A DNA stretch of 64,000 nt, taken from contig CAZLCI010000002.1 in NCBI GenBank assembly GCA_964558115.1, forward strand, positions 507-64,506. The letters are read 5' to 3'. Shown here one piece after another: positions 18,782 through 29,251 of this stretch. Each line of letters starts with the position of its first letter. Position 1 is the first letter of the stretch. The translations under genes were made by a program, and so were the position numbers. Origin of the DNA: an uncultured Nitrospinaceae bacterium. GTDB lineage: Bacteria; UBA8248. The notes below the pieces were generated by a model, which was given only the letters and a program-made list of their open reading frames with translations, was not told where the DNA came from and ran no database searches.

Positions 18782-19693
18782 TTAAACAGACAAATCTCTA
18801 AAATCAAATCCTGTCTCAGAAACGAATTCGTTAATTATCTTTTCGGTTATTGGACCAGGCACAGGATTTTTTGGAAGAAATCGATCTATTTGGTTAACAG
18901 GCATCGCACAAATAGCACTTGATGTAAGAAAAAATTCATCTGCCTGACTTAAATCATAGAGAGTTATATCTTTCTCTTCAAAAGCAATACCCAATTTTTT
19001 AGCCATCTCGAATACTGTTAATCTTGTAACTCCTTGAAGAACATTTTTTTCATGAGGAGTAACAAGAACACTATCTTTAACCATAAAAAAGTTTGCTACT
19101 GAATTCTCAGCAACATTTCCGTATATATCAAGCATAAGTGATAGAGAACCGTTAGAAGAAGCATCAAGTTCTGCTAAAATTTGATTCATTTTACTGGTCA
19201 CTTTTGCCCTAGCTTCAAGACATTGGGGTGGTACCCTTCTTGTCGCTACAACTGATAGTTTTACTCCCTTAGAGTATTTATCTATCAACTTATTGGAGGG
19301 AGATTCTCTCCAGAAAATAAATATTGTTGGTCTATCAGACTCACTTGCAACCATAGAGGGATCATCCATTCCCCTTGATACCCAATGCCCAACTCGATAT
19401 ATCTTTCCCTCACCAAGTAAATCTTTATTTGCTTCCAATGTTTCATTAGTCGCTACTCTCATCTCCTCTAAATCTAAATGACAATGAATTTGAGTATATT
19501 TCAAAGATCTGTAAAGTCGTTTCAAATGATCATCAAGACGAAATAATTTGCCATTAAAACAAGGAGTAACTTCGTAAACTCCGTCTCCCCATAAAAAACC
19601 ACGATCAAAAGGAGAAATTAAAGCCTTACTCTCTTCTATTATTTCACCATTCAAATAAACATAACGTTCTAAAGACATATCAACAACTTCCAA
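18782..19693 (-). CDS. class IV (fold-type IV) PLP-dependent aminotransferase (branched-chain/D-amino-acid aminotransferase family)
   Basis: 303 aa; the family pattern (…FDRGFLWGDGVYE…, …E.N.FFMVKD..L.TP…VLQGVTR…). Confidence 0.7.
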   Translation of the reverse strand: MEVVDMSLERYVYLNGEIIEESKALISPFDRGFLWGDGVYEVTPCFNGKLFRLDDHLKRLYRSLKYTQIHCHLDLEEMRVATNETLEANKDLLGEGKIYRVGHWVSRGMDDPSMVASESDRPTIFIFWRESPSNKLIDKYSKGVKLSVVATRRVPPQCLEARAKVTSKMNQILAELDASSNGSLSLMLDIYGNVAENSVANFFMVKDSVLVTPHEKNVLQGVTRLTVFEMAKKLGIAFEEKDITLYDLSQADEFFLTSSAICAMPVNQIDRFLPKNPVPGPITEKIINEFVSETGFDFRDLSV

Positions 19694-19743
19694 TTTAATT
19701 AGTATAAACAGTACGATATTCTAATAATAACAAATTTCTGCTC

Positions 19744-21348
19744 TCAATTTAATATTTTCTTTCCCCAACCCCCTCCACCAGGAGTTTCTAGCCTTATTAT
19801 ATCTCCTTTTTCCAGATACAAACGTTGTTTGCCCTTACACTTAATTCTTTTTCCATTTTTTTTCAATACCGAATTTTTTCCTCTTTTACCTGGCAAACCA
19901 CCTTGTAGAGCCCAAGGAGAAAATTTTCTTCTTTCTGTCATAAAAGAAACCGTAGCAGGACTTAAAAGTTCTATTTCTCTAATTATTCCATCCCCACCTA
20001 TCATCAAACCTTTTCCTCCACTTTTTCTTCTTACTGCATACTTATTAACTCTTAAAGGGTATGAATGTTCAATAGCTTCTACAGGAGTATTTCTCGTATT
20101 TGTTAGGTGAGTATGTATTGCATTTTCACCATTTCCCCATTTCCCAGCACCCATACCACCTCCTGTGGTTTCATAATATGCAAAAGGTTTTCTTATTTCT
20201 TTCTTAGAACGTATATCCTCTCCTCCAATGGTAAGATTATTCATCGATCCACAAGAAGCAGAGGGTATTTTATCAGGACATGCTTTGGACATAGCTCCAA
20301 GGACTACGTCAACCATCCTCTGACTAGTTTCTACATTTCCTCCAGCAACAGCTGATGGAAATCTAGAATTAACTACTGTTCCTGATGGTGCAATTACCTG
20401 AATAGGTTCCATACAACCAGAGTTATTCGGAATTCCAAATGGTATTAAACAACGAATCGCATAATAAACTGCTGTTCTAGCTATAGATTCAACTGCATTA
20501 ATATTTCCATCAGTTTGAGAAGAAGAACCAGTAAAATCAGCCACAATCGAATCTTTTCGAATAATTATTTTGACACTAATTTTAACGGGATTCTCAGATA
20601 TACCGTCATCATCCATGAAATCGGTGAATTCAAATTCTCCTTTTGGCATCTTAGAAATCGCGGCTCTAGTCATTCTTTCAGAATAATGTTGTAATTCGTT
20701 TGTATAAGCAGAAGTCTTTTTTAGTCCATACTTATCAATAATCATTTCAATACTTCTTTGTCCTACAAGATTTGCAGAAATTTGTGCTAGCACATCTCCT
20801 TCACGCTCTTCGGGTGTTCTCACATTCGATAAAAGAATAGATAATAAATCTTCTTGTATAATTCCTTTACTAACTATTTTAATAGGCGGAATAACTAATC
20901 CATCTTGAAAGATTTCTTTAGTTAAACTCATTGAACCTGGTGCAATACCTCCAATATCCGAATGATGCGCTCTATTTGCGACAAAAAACTGAAGAGAAAG
21001 TCTCCTATTTTTTTTTGTAAATACAGGAGATATCATCGTTAGGTCCGGCAAATGATTACCTCCGTGAAACGGATCATTAAGAACAACCATATCGCCAGGT
21101 TCCAAATTCATAGTTTCGATAACATGTTCAACTGACATTGGCATTGAACCAAGATGTGCAGGTAAATGAGCAGCTTGAGATACCATTTTTGCTTTCTTAT
21201 CAAAAATAGCACATGAATAATCTCTTCTCTCTTTAATATTTGGAGAAAAAGAAGACCTGCATAAAGCAATTCCCATTTCTTCTGCCGTTGAAAAGTAAAG
21301 ATTTTTAAAAATCTCTAATAAGATTGGATCTAAACTTTTCTTTTTCAT
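19744..21348 (-). CDS. hydantoinase B/oxoprolinase-family subunit (HyuB-like)
   Basis: 534 aa; the HyuB pattern (NDPFHGGNHLPD…, C-terminal GGGGWG). Confidence 0.8.
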   Translation of the reverse strand: MKKKSLDPILLEIFKNLYFSTAEEMGIALCRSSFSPNIKERRDYSCAIFDKKAKMVSQAAHLPAHLGSMPMSVEHVIETMNLEPGDMVVLNDPFHGGNHLPDLTMISPVFTKKNRRLSLQFFVANRAHHSDIGGIAPGSMSLTKEIFQDGLVIPPIKIVSKGIIQEDLLSILLSNVRTPEEREGDVLAQISANLVGQRSIEMIIDKYGLKKTSAYTNELQHYSERMTRAAISKMPKGEFEFTDFMDDDGISENPVKISVKIIIRKDSIVADFTGSSSQTDGNINAVESIARTAVYYAIRCLIPFGIPNNSGCMEPIQVIAPSGTVVNSRFPSAVAGGNVETSQRMVDVVLGAMSKACPDKIPSASCGSMNNLTIGGEDIRSKKEIRKPFAYYETTGGGMGAGKWGNGENAIHTHLTNTRNTPVEAIEHSYPLRVNKYAVRRKSGGKGLMIGGDGIIREIELLSPATVSFMTERRKFSPWALQGGLPGKRGKNSVLKKNGKRIKCKGKQRLYLEKGDIIRLETPGGGGWGKKILN

Positions 21349-21379
21349 AAATTAAACCTCAAAAAAAGAATTTTTTTCA

Positions 21380-23371
21380 TCAAAAGTTTGCTGATTTCGT
21401 TAAAATCAAATTACTCTCTTTATCTACTTTACAATTCCAAAATGGTGGGATTATAGATGTAGCACTAAATTCAAAAACTAAAGCAGGACCACGAAAATTT
21501 TCTCCTGGATGTAAATCTATACGATCAAAAACTATAGCCTCATATGATTTTCCATCAAAAACTATCTTTTGTTTTTTTATTTTTTTCTTTCTCGTTTTTT
21601 TTCTTTTTTTATTTAACTCGACGGTCTTTGTAGAACCCGTAGCTCTAACTCTTATGTTAACGATTTCTACCTCTTGATTAGTATTTGAAATTAAATATCT
21701 TTTTTTATGAAATTTAGTAAATAATAAATATAAATCTGCATGGAAATTCGATTTAATTTCTGCAAATGGAATGGTTAGTTCGTGCGATTGTCCTAAGTAG
21801 CGCATATCTAAAAATTTTTCTATTTTAAATTCATCAATCCCCTCTTTTTTCAAATCTACTTTTGCTTGTTTTAAAAGAGGGGAAAATAAGTCCTCCAAAT
21901 GTTGATTCTCTATATTCTCCAATTTCAGAAGTACCGTTTTAGAGTAGTCTTTGATTATATCGGCCAAAAACATCCCTCTTGCTGAAAGAGTTCCAGGATC
22001 TCTTGGTATAAGTACTCTTTTCATGCTTAAAGTTTCGGCGAGTGCACAAGCATGCATAGGTCCCGCTCCTCCGAATGCTAATAGTGTAAAAAGACGAGGG
22101 TCATATCCTCTTTCAATACTCATAAGTCTAATAGCGTTAGCCATATGTTCGTTAGCAATTGTCAAAATACCTTCTGCAGTTTCTAATTTAGTAAGAAATA
22201 ACTTTTCTGCCAGAACTTTTATTCCTTCTATTGCTCTACTTCGATCAATTTTCATTTTTCCACCAAGAAAATTTAGGGGGTCTATCCTCCCTAAAAATAA
22301 ATTTGCATCGGTCACAGTCACATTGTTTCCGTTTCCATAACACATCGGTCCAGGAACTCCTCCTGCACTTTTTGGTCCTACTATAAGTGCCCCTCCTAGA
22401 TCACATTCTGCAATTGAGCCTCCTCCTGCACCAACAGTATGAATATCAATAACAGGAACTCTAACAGGAAGACCAGATAGTTCTGTCTCAGAGGTAAAAC
22501 TTAAATCGCCATCGATAATTGAGACATCTGCACTTGTTCCACCCATATCTATCGTAACAAATTTAGATAATTTGGTTTTTTTAGCTACATGAAATGCTCC
22601 GACAACTCCTCCTGCCGGACCAGATAAAATAGTTCTAACAGCTTCACTACTAGCTACTTCAGAAGAGATAAGTCCACCATTACTTTGCATAACACGGAAA
22701 CGTTTTAATGTTTCTTCTTTTTCAAGTTTACCTAAGTAACTTTTCATTAACGGTGAAACATAGGCATTCACTGCTGTTGTACTAGTTCTCTCAAACTCTC
22801 TATATTCAGGCAAAATAAGACTAGATACAGAAACAGCAAACCCTTCTTTTATGAAAAAATTTGATATCTCTAATTCATGTTTATTATTTGCATAGGAATG
22901 AAGTAAACAAATTGCTAGAGATTCTACTTTGTTCCTTTTTAATTTTAATAGTATTTTTTTTAATTCAGTTTTAGAAAGATGAACCAAAATATCACCATTT
23001 TGGTTCATTCTTTCCCTTATTCCAAAACGATTTTGTTTGTCAACAATAGATTTAGGTCTTTGGTATTTCAAATCATAAAGGATATCCCTATTCTGACGTC
23101 CAATTTCAATTATATCTTCGAATCCAGAAGTTGTAATAAGACCAACTTTTGCGCCCTCCCTAGACAAAAGCGCATTTGTCGCAACTGTAGAACCATGAAT
23201 AAGATCTACTGGTCTATTATCAATATTTTTTTCGGATATTCCTTGAATAATCGCAACTGCAGGATTGGAAGGAGTAGAAGGCAATTTATGAATATTTAGC
23301 TTCCCATTCTCAAGAAAAACAAAATCGGTAAAAGTTCCACCCGTATCAACTGCAACACGAAAATCTGTCAA
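21380..23371 (-). CDS. hydantoinase A/oxoprolinase-family subunit (HyuA-like, ASKHA ATPase fold)
   Basis: 663 aa; N-terminal VDTGGTFTDFV and internal IDMGGTSADVS actin-like ATPase motifs; contains a Lys-rich low-complexity linker (KKRKKTRKKKIKKQK). Confidence 0.8.
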   Translation of the reverse strand: MTDFRVAVDTGGTFTDFVFLENGKLNIHKLPSTPSNPAVAIIQGISEKNIDNRPVDLIHGSTVATNALLSREGAKVGLITTSGFEDIIEIGRQNRDILYDLKYQRPKSIVDKQNRFGIRERMNQNGDILVHLSKTELKKILLKLKRNKVESLAICLLHSYANNKHELEISNFFIKEGFAVSVSSLILPEYREFERTSTTAVNAYVSPLMKSYLGKLEKEETLKRFRVMQSNGGLISSEVASSEAVRTILSGPAGGVVGAFHVAKKTKLSKFVTIDMGGTSADVSIIDGDLSFTSETELSGLPVRVPVIDIHTVGAGGGSIAECDLGGALIVGPKSAGGVPGPMCYGNGNNVTVTDANLFLGRIDPLNFLGGKMKIDRSRAIEGIKVLAEKLFLTKLETAEGILTIANEHMANAIRLMSIERGYDPRLFTLLAFGGAGPMHACALAETLSMKRVLIPRDPGTLSARGMFLADIIKDYSKTVLLKLENIENQHLEDLFSPLLKQAKVDLKKEGIDEFKIEKFLDMRYLGQSHELTIPFAEIKSNFHADLYLLFTKFHKKRYLISNTNQEVEIVNIRVRATGSTKTVELNKKRKKTRKKKIKKQKIVFDGKSYEAIVFDRIDLHPGENFRGPALVFEFSATSIIPPFWNCKVDKESNLILTKSANF

Positions 23372-23454
23372 TTTTTCTCTCTGAATTTTTGATTTTGAAA
23401 GTTTGGTTAAAACTCAATACGACAATAAGAATGATAATAGTTCCATTGAACATT

Positions 23455-24621
23455 TTAAGTAAAAGTAGAAACTGCATGAGAAATACGACGAATCGCTTCC
23501 TCTAAATTTTCAATACTATTTGCAAAACACATACGCAAATGATTATTTGCGTATTTTCCAAATGCAGACCCGGGCAATGTTGCCACACCAACCTCATCAA
23601 GCAGATAATTTGATAATTTTTCCGCAGACATTGGAATTTTACCAACATTAGGAAAAGCATAAAATGCGCCTTCAGGAAACCTACATGAAATTCCATCAAT
23701 TGAATTTAATCCATTTATAAACACATCTCTTCTTTTTTTAAATTCAGTCATCATTTCAATACTATCAGCCTGTTCACCATTTAATGCTTCTACACCAGCC
23801 ATTTGCACAAAAGGGGGAACACAACTCACAGAATTTGTTATTAGTTGAGATAAAGGATCTGATAACCATGATGGAGCAGCTATGAAACCTAATCTCCATC
23901 CAGTCATTGCATAGGTCTTTGAAAAAGTCTCTAACAAGATTGTCCTTTCGCGCATACCATGAAGAGTTCCAATAGAAACATGATTGCCCTCAAATAACAT
24001 ATTCGCATAAACTTCATCAGATAAAATTACAAAATCATTTTCAATCGCAAGGTTCCCTATTTCTACCAATTCCTTATGGCTCAAAGTACCTCCTGTAGGA
24101 TTATGCGGATAATTAAGAATCAACAATCTGGTATTCTTGGAAATTCGACTTTTCAAATCATCAATAGTGAATTTGAAATCATTTTCTTCAAGAATTGGAA
24201 GAGGCACAGGCTTAGCACCTGCATACAATGTAACAGATTCATATACCGGAAAACCCGGATCAGGATATATTACTTCATCTCCTACCCCAGACGTAGCCAT
24301 AATCGTATAATAAAGAAATGGCTTTCCACCTGGACCAATTACAATTTCCTCTGGGGAGTATTCTCCACGTTTATTTTTTTTAATCCATTCGCAACAAGCT
24401 TCTCTTAGTTCGAGAACCCCAGCAGATGGACAATAATGCGTATTCCCTGAACTCACTTGGTCACAAACAACGTTAATAATATTTGAAGGAGTATCAAAAT
24501 CCGTATCTCCTATCTCAAGGTGAATAATACTTCTACCCTCCCTCTCAAGTTGATTTGCTTTGGCAAGAACAACAAAAGAGCTTTCCGTTTTCAGAAGACT
24601 CATTCTATCGGCTAGACGCAT
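23455..24621 (-). CDS. class I/II PLP-dependent aminotransferase (aspartate/aromatic aminotransferase-like)
   Basis: 388 aa; the fold-type I aminotransferase pattern including the PLP lysine context (…FSKTYAMTGWRLGF…). Confidence 0.8.
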   Translation of the reverse strand: MRLADRMSLLKTESSFVVLAKANQLEREGRSIIHLEIGDTDFDTPSNIINVVCDQVSSGNTHYCPSAGVLELREACCEWIKKNKRGEYSPEEIVIGPGGKPFLYYTIMATSGVGDEVIYPDPGFPVYESVTLYAGAKPVPLPILEENDFKFTIDDLKSRISKNTRLLILNYPHNPTGGTLSHKELVEIGNLAIENDFVILSDEVYANMLFEGNHVSIGTLHGMRERTILLETFSKTYAMTGWRLGFIAAPSWLSDPLSQLITNSVSCVPPFVQMAGVEALNGEQADSIEMMTEFKKRRDVFINGLNSIDGISCRFPEGAFYAFPNVGKIPMSAEKLSNYLLDEVGVATLPGSAFGKYANNHLRMCFANSIENLEEAIRRISHAVSTFT

Positions 24622-25237
24622 TGGGGAACTCCATATTATCTACATTTTGGGATATTCCAAATTCTTTTAAAACCTTCAAAATCTCTTTTATGGGGAAACC
24701 TATTACATTAGTGTAACTTCCATTTATCTTATCCACAAGGAAATATCCTTTTCCTTGGATAGCATATCCTCCAGCTTTATCTAAAGACTCATTTTCTAAA
24801 ATATATTCATTAATTTCAACAGAATCAAGTTTCCGGAATTCTACTTCTGTTACTACATTTTCAATTTTTTGATATTTAGAGGTCATAACTGCAAAACCTG
24901 TAATCACATGATGTCTTTCTCCTGATAAAGATTTAATCATGTTAAAAGCATCTTCTAAATCCTTCGGTTTCCCTAGAATTTCTTCATTTTTGACAACTAT
25001 CGTATCTGCTGCTAATACAATAGATTCAGGAAACTTTTCAAGAATACTCGAAGCTTTTGCTTTAGCAATTTGCATTGCTAGTTCATTTGAATTACCTGTC
25101 TTACAAAATCTCTCTTCAACAGACGAATCAGGAGGGACAACTTTAAATTCTATTTTTGTCTGCGATAAAAGAGAAATTCTTCGAGGAGAACTTGAAGCTA
25201 ACACGAAAGAACTTTTATCATGAATATTGTTAATCAA
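24605..25237 (-). CDS. maf: Maf-family nucleoside triphosphate pyrophosphatase
   Basis: 210 aa; LASSSPRR…LL motif at the N-terminus and DT.V…G…KP of the Maf/Ham1 fold. Confidence 0.8.
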   Translation of the reverse strand: MINNIHDKSSFVLASSSPRRISLLSQTKIEFKVVPPDSSVEERFCKTGNSNELAMQIAKAKASSILEKFPESIVLAADTIVVKNEEILGKPKDLEDAFNMIKSLSGERHHVITGFAVMTSKYQKIENVVTEVEFRKLDSVEINEYILENESLDKAGGYAIQGKGYFLVDKINGSYTNVIGFPIKEILKVLKEFGISQNVDNMEFPNASSR

Positions 25238-25239
25238 AA

Positions 25240-26226
25240 TTAGAAATTTCTATCAACAATAAAGTCAGCTAGGTATGTAAGCGACTCTAGATGTTTAGAT
25301 TCTTTAAGAACAGACAAAGATGATTTTGCTTTTTCTGCATATTTTTTTGCCAAATTCCTTGTATAAGAGACTGATTCATACTCTTCCATTAATCCAAGGA
25401 CAAAATTTAAATTCTCTTCATGAAGTTCTTCTGATTCCAAAATAATTTTTTTAAGTCTATTTTTACGAGTCTCGTCAATTCTTGATAATAGATTTAAGAG
25501 AGGCAAAGTTATATTGCCATCAGTTAAATCATTTCCAATTTTCTTGCCCGTTTTATTTTCGTCTCCCATATAATCTAATGCATCATCGATTAACTGAAAT
25601 GAAAATCCTATATTCTTACCATAAGAATTAAGGGATTCAATTATTTGGTCAGATGAATCACTTAAAATTGCACCTAATTTACAACTAGCAGCTATTAGAG
25701 CCGCTGTCTTTCTAAAAACTACTTTTAGATACTCCTCTTCTGTCACATCTGTATTATAAAGATTTATAAGTTGCAACACCTCGCCTTCAGAAAGAAGAGT
25801 GCATGCCTCCGACATTGTTTTCATAATACGTGTATCCTCTTCGGAAGACATAAGTTCAAAACTCTTGGCAAAAAGAAAATCGCCCACTAGAACACTTGCC
25901 TCATTTCCCCATTTTGAATTTGCAGATGGATTTCCTCTTCTAACATCCGCATCATCTACAACATCATCATGCAATAATGTTGCAGTATGAATAAACTCTA
26001 CAACACAACTATGCTTTATAGCTTTTTCTCCTGTATATCCGCAGGCTCTGGACGAAAGAAGAAGAAGCAATGGACGTATTCTCTTTCCGCCTGAAGAACT
26101 TAAATATTCACTGACATCAGGTATCAAAACTACATCAGATCGAAAATTTTTCTTAATCTCTTTCTCAACTTTATCCAAATCAGTAGAAAGTGAATTTGTA
26201 ATTTCTGAAAAAATCAAATGAATCAT
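25240..26226 (-). CDS. long-chain polyprenyl diphosphate synthase (octaprenyl/heptaprenyl-type)
   Basis: 328 aa; the two aspartate-rich motifs (LLHDDVVDDADVRRG and FQLIDDALDY). Confidence 0.8.
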   Translation of the reverse strand: MIHLIFSEITNSLSTDLDKVEKEIKKNFRSDVVLIPDVSEYLSSSGGKRIRPLLLLLSSRACGYTGEKAIKHSCVVEFIHTATLLHDDVVDDADVRRGNPSANSKWGNEASVLVGDFLFAKSFELMSSEEDTRIMKTMSEACTLLSEGEVLQLINLYNTDVTEEEYLKVVFRKTAALIAASCKLGAILSDSSDQIIESLNSYGKNIGFSFQLIDDALDYMGDENKTGKKIGNDLTDGNITLPLLNLLSRIDETRKNRLKKIILESEELHEENLNFVLGLMEEYESVSYTRNLAKKYAEKAKSSLSVLKESKHLESLTYLADFIVDRNF

Positions 26227-26408
26227 CCTTATTTAAAAAATCCATGTATGGCATCTAAACCATATGCTATGGTAGTAGTTCGTATATACTAAAAACAACC
26301 GTAATTAGGAAAAAAGAAAATTGGTTTTCTTGTTCAAAATAACGCTTCATCATACTAAATTGTCTTATTAAATCATAAGGGAAGAAAAGAAAGAATTATT
26401 TAATAGAT

Positions 26409-27626
26409 ATGAAAATAGAAACTTTCGGAAAAGAAAAAAATCAAAAATCTAACTATGTATTGGTTCATTATAATGAAATAGGTATAAAGGGAAAAAACCG
26501 CTATAAATTTATTGACCTGCTCATCGATAGAATACGCAAATCATTAAATGTATATGGCGATATAAGTGTAACGAAAAAAACAGGAAGAATTTTAGTTAAA
26601 TATGACTCAAAAATCTCATGGGATAAAATAGCAAAAAGCTTATCAACCTGCTTTGGTATCGCGTATTTTTCTAAGACTTACAAAAGTACAATAAACCTTC
26701 CTTTAGTAAAAAATAAAATTTTAAAATTAATTTCGGATGTAGAGATACAGACCTTCAAAGTACGAACAAGAAAAAGCTTTAAGAATATACCAATAAGCAC
26801 AAAAGAATGGGACAAAGAAATTGGGGCTTTTGTACAAGCAGAACGTCACTTACCTGTAGAACTAAAAAAAGACAACTTTACAATTCATATTGAAGTAATC
26901 CCAAACGAAGTTTATATATATTTTAAAAAAATATCCGGCCCAGGTGGTCTTCCACAAGGAATAAGTGGTCATATGACTTGTCTTCTTTCAGGCGGTATTG
27001 ATTCACCTGTAGCATCTTGGAGGATGATGAAAAGAGGTTGTGAGGTAATATTCGTTCATTTTCATGGCTCTCCTTTTTTGAGCCGTGCTTCTGCAGAAAA
27101 AGCCTTGGACCTTGCAGAAATTTTGAACCAATACCAGATAAATAGTAAGGTCTATCTAGTTCCCTTTGGAGAACTTCAAAAGCAAATTGTTCTTTCAACA
27201 AAACCAGAAAACAGAGTTATTTTATACCGTCGTTTTATGCTTCGTATTGCAGAATCAATTTCTAAAAAAGAAAACGTGTCCTCTCTGATTACCGGTGAAA
27301 GTTTAGGCCAAGTAGCAAGTCAAACTCTTTCGAATATTTCAACTATTCAAAATGCTGTAGAGATGCCCATTCTAAGACCACTAATCGGTATGGATAAAGA
27401 AGAAATAATAAAACAAGCAAAAGAAATTAACACTTTCGAAACTTCAATTGAACCAGATCAGGACTGTTGTACCTTATTCGTACCCAAACATCCTGCTGTT
27501 AGATCAAAACTCTTTGTTATTGAAAAAATCGAAAGCAAACTTCCTATAGAAAAGATGATGAAAATAGTCCTTGAAAAAACTGAAGTCTATGTTTTAAAAA
27601 AAGGCAGAAAAAAAACTAAAATTTAA
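26409..27626 (+). CDS. thiI: tRNA 4-thiouridine synthase ThiI (THUMP + PP-loop ATPase, no rhodanese domain)
   Basis: 405 aa; a THUMP domain followed by the PP-loop SGGIDSPVA motif; ends shortly after the adenylation domain. Confidence 0.8.
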   Translation: MKIETFGKEKNQKSNYVLVHYNEIGIKGKNRYKFIDLLIDRIRKSLNVYGDISVTKKTGRILVKYDSKISWDKIAKSLSTCFGIAYFSKTYKSTINLPLVKNKILKLISDVEIQTFKVRTRKSFKNIPISTKEWDKEIGAFVQAERHLPVELKKDNFTIHIEVIPNEVYIYFKKISGPGGLPQGISGHMTCLLSGGIDSPVASWRMMKRGCEVIFVHFHGSPFLSRASAEKALDLAEILNQYQINSKVYLVPFGELQKQIVLSTKPENRVILYRRFMLRIAESISKKENVSSLITGESLGQVASQTLSNISTIQNAVEMPILRPLIGMDKEEIIKQAKEINTFETSIEPDQDCCTLFVPKHPAVRSKLFVIEKIESKLPIEKMMKIVLEKTEVYVLKKGRKKTKI

Positions 27627-27640
27627 CCTAGGAAAACAAA

Positions 27641-28552
27641 TCAATTCACATCTATTAACTGTTTAATAGCCTCTGCAGGCAGAGGTTCGCAAGACATACA
27701 ATTCTCTTTTGCCTGTTCTTCAGTTCTTATCCCAGGAATGACACAAGATACATCGGGGTTAGAAACACAAAAACGGATTGCCGTCTCTGCAGGAGAAATA
27801 TCTAATTGATTTGATATATCTCTCAATTTATTTAATTTGATTTGAAATTTTCTTATGTTGTCTGCACTTAGTATTCTACTTCTTCTGTCTCCTTCAACAA
27901 ATTCAAATGTTTCATCTATTCTTCCCGACAAAAAACCTCTCTTAAGTGGAACCCTTGAAATTATTCCAACATTCGCAGATTTTGCCCTTGCAAAAGATTC
28001 CGTAGCTTCTTGACTAATAATATTATATTCCATTTGCAAACAAGCAGCAGTACCCTGCTCTGTGACATAATCACATTCTTCTTTTGTATTTACAGAAACA
28101 CCCCAGTGAGCAATTTTTCCATCTTCTTTAGCTTTGTCCAAAAGAGCATAACTATCTTCCGCCATCATATTATCAATAGTTGGATTATGCAGTTGATAAT
28201 AATCAATCCTATCCACACCTAATCTTTGCAAACTTGCTTCAAGGCAACTTTTTATATATTCCGGAGTATAGTTATACTCTCCAGTTACCATATTATTTCC
28301 ACCCTTAGTAAAGACAAGAATATCTTGACGATCTTTTCTTTCTTTTAAAAATTTTCCTATCACAGATTCGCTATGCCCTTGTCCATACGCGTCGGAAGTA
28401 TCAATAAAATTCATTCCATTATCTATAGATGCGTGAAGAGCACGATTACTCTCTGAATCATCTACAGGTCCGTAAATCTCCCCTATAGTCATAGCTCCAA
28501 AACCTATAACTGTTACTTCTAAACCAGTCGATCCAAGATTACGTTTTTCCAT
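27641..28552 (-). CDS. aldo/keto reductase
   Basis: 303 aa; the N-terminal LG.TGL.V…GFG motif, the IDTSDAYG catalytic tetrad context and a C-terminal IPG.R motif. Confidence 0.8.
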   Translation of the reverse strand: MEKRNLGSTGLEVTVIGFGAMTIGEIYGPVDDSESNRALHASIDNGMNFIDTSDAYGQGHSESVIGKFLKERKDRQDILVFTKGGNNMVTGEYNYTPEYIKSCLEASLQRLGVDRIDYYQLHNPTIDNMMAEDSYALLDKAKEDGKIAHWGVSVNTKEECDYVTEQGTAACLQMEYNIISQEATESFARAKSANVGIISRVPLKRGFLSGRIDETFEFVEGDRRSRILSADNIRKFQIKLNKLRDISNQLDISPAETAIRFCVSNPDVSCVIPGIRTEEQAKENCMSCEPLPAEAIKQLIDVN

Positions 28553-28800
28553 TTGTTCCCTCCGCGGAAATACGATTAATTTTAAAGATAAATTATGTGG
28601 ACAAGTTTGTTATATCAATTTCTTTTATAGTATAAAAAATCACACAAAACACCAATAATTGAAATATTTTAATTTAAAAAATATTTTTGAGTAGTTTTTG
28701 TTTTTTTGTATTCATTCAATTTAGCTTTTTAAGGATATCAGGTATTATTTTTAACACCTAAAAAAATAAAAAAGAGAAATCGACAAAGGGGACAAAAATC

Positions 28801-29226
28801 ATGCCTTACTATAATTTATATGGAATGAAGAAATTAAGGGAGAATGAAACTCCTCTTGCAGAAATACAGAAAGTAAAAGGGGAACTAATGAAAACAGGTC
28901 TTGTCACCTACAACCAAGGCGGACACCCTCGTCCCCATTTCCATCCAAACGAAGAACAATTTGTTTTTATATTAGAGGGAAAAAGATATTCGATTCTAGG
29001 AGATGAAGAAAAAGTTGTAGGTCCAGGCGACCTCCTACATATTCCAAGAAATACTCGTCATTGTGCTATCACTCTAGATGAAAAATGTGTTGCATACGTT
29101 ACTAAAAGTCCAGCTGGCACGGGTCATCTTGCGCAAGATTATAACGAATCTGACGATGCGGAAGAAGTAGAAAAAAGACTCCAAGAAAAACTTGAAGAAT
29201 ATAAGAAAACTGGGACTATCAAGTAA
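28801..29226 (+). CDS. cupin-domain protein
   Basis: 141 aa; a two-His cupin motif (HFHPNEEQFVFILEG … GDLLHIP). Confidence 0.55.
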   Translation: MPYYNLYGMKKLRENETPLAEIQKVKGELMKTGLVTYNQGGHPRPHFHPNEEQFVFILEGKRYSILGDEEKVVGPGDLLHIPRNTRHCAITLDEKCVAYVTKSPAGTGHLAQDYNESDDAEEVEKRLQEKLEEYKKTGTIK

Positions 29227-29251
29227 AATTTATTTATATTGAAAGGTAAAA

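Noticed and set aside
21585-21625. Long T/A homopolymer-rich tract that resembles a repeat or slippery element
   Set aside because: It lies inside hyuA and encodes a Lys-rich linker (KKRKKTRKKKIKKQK) in frame. No frame disruption is visible.
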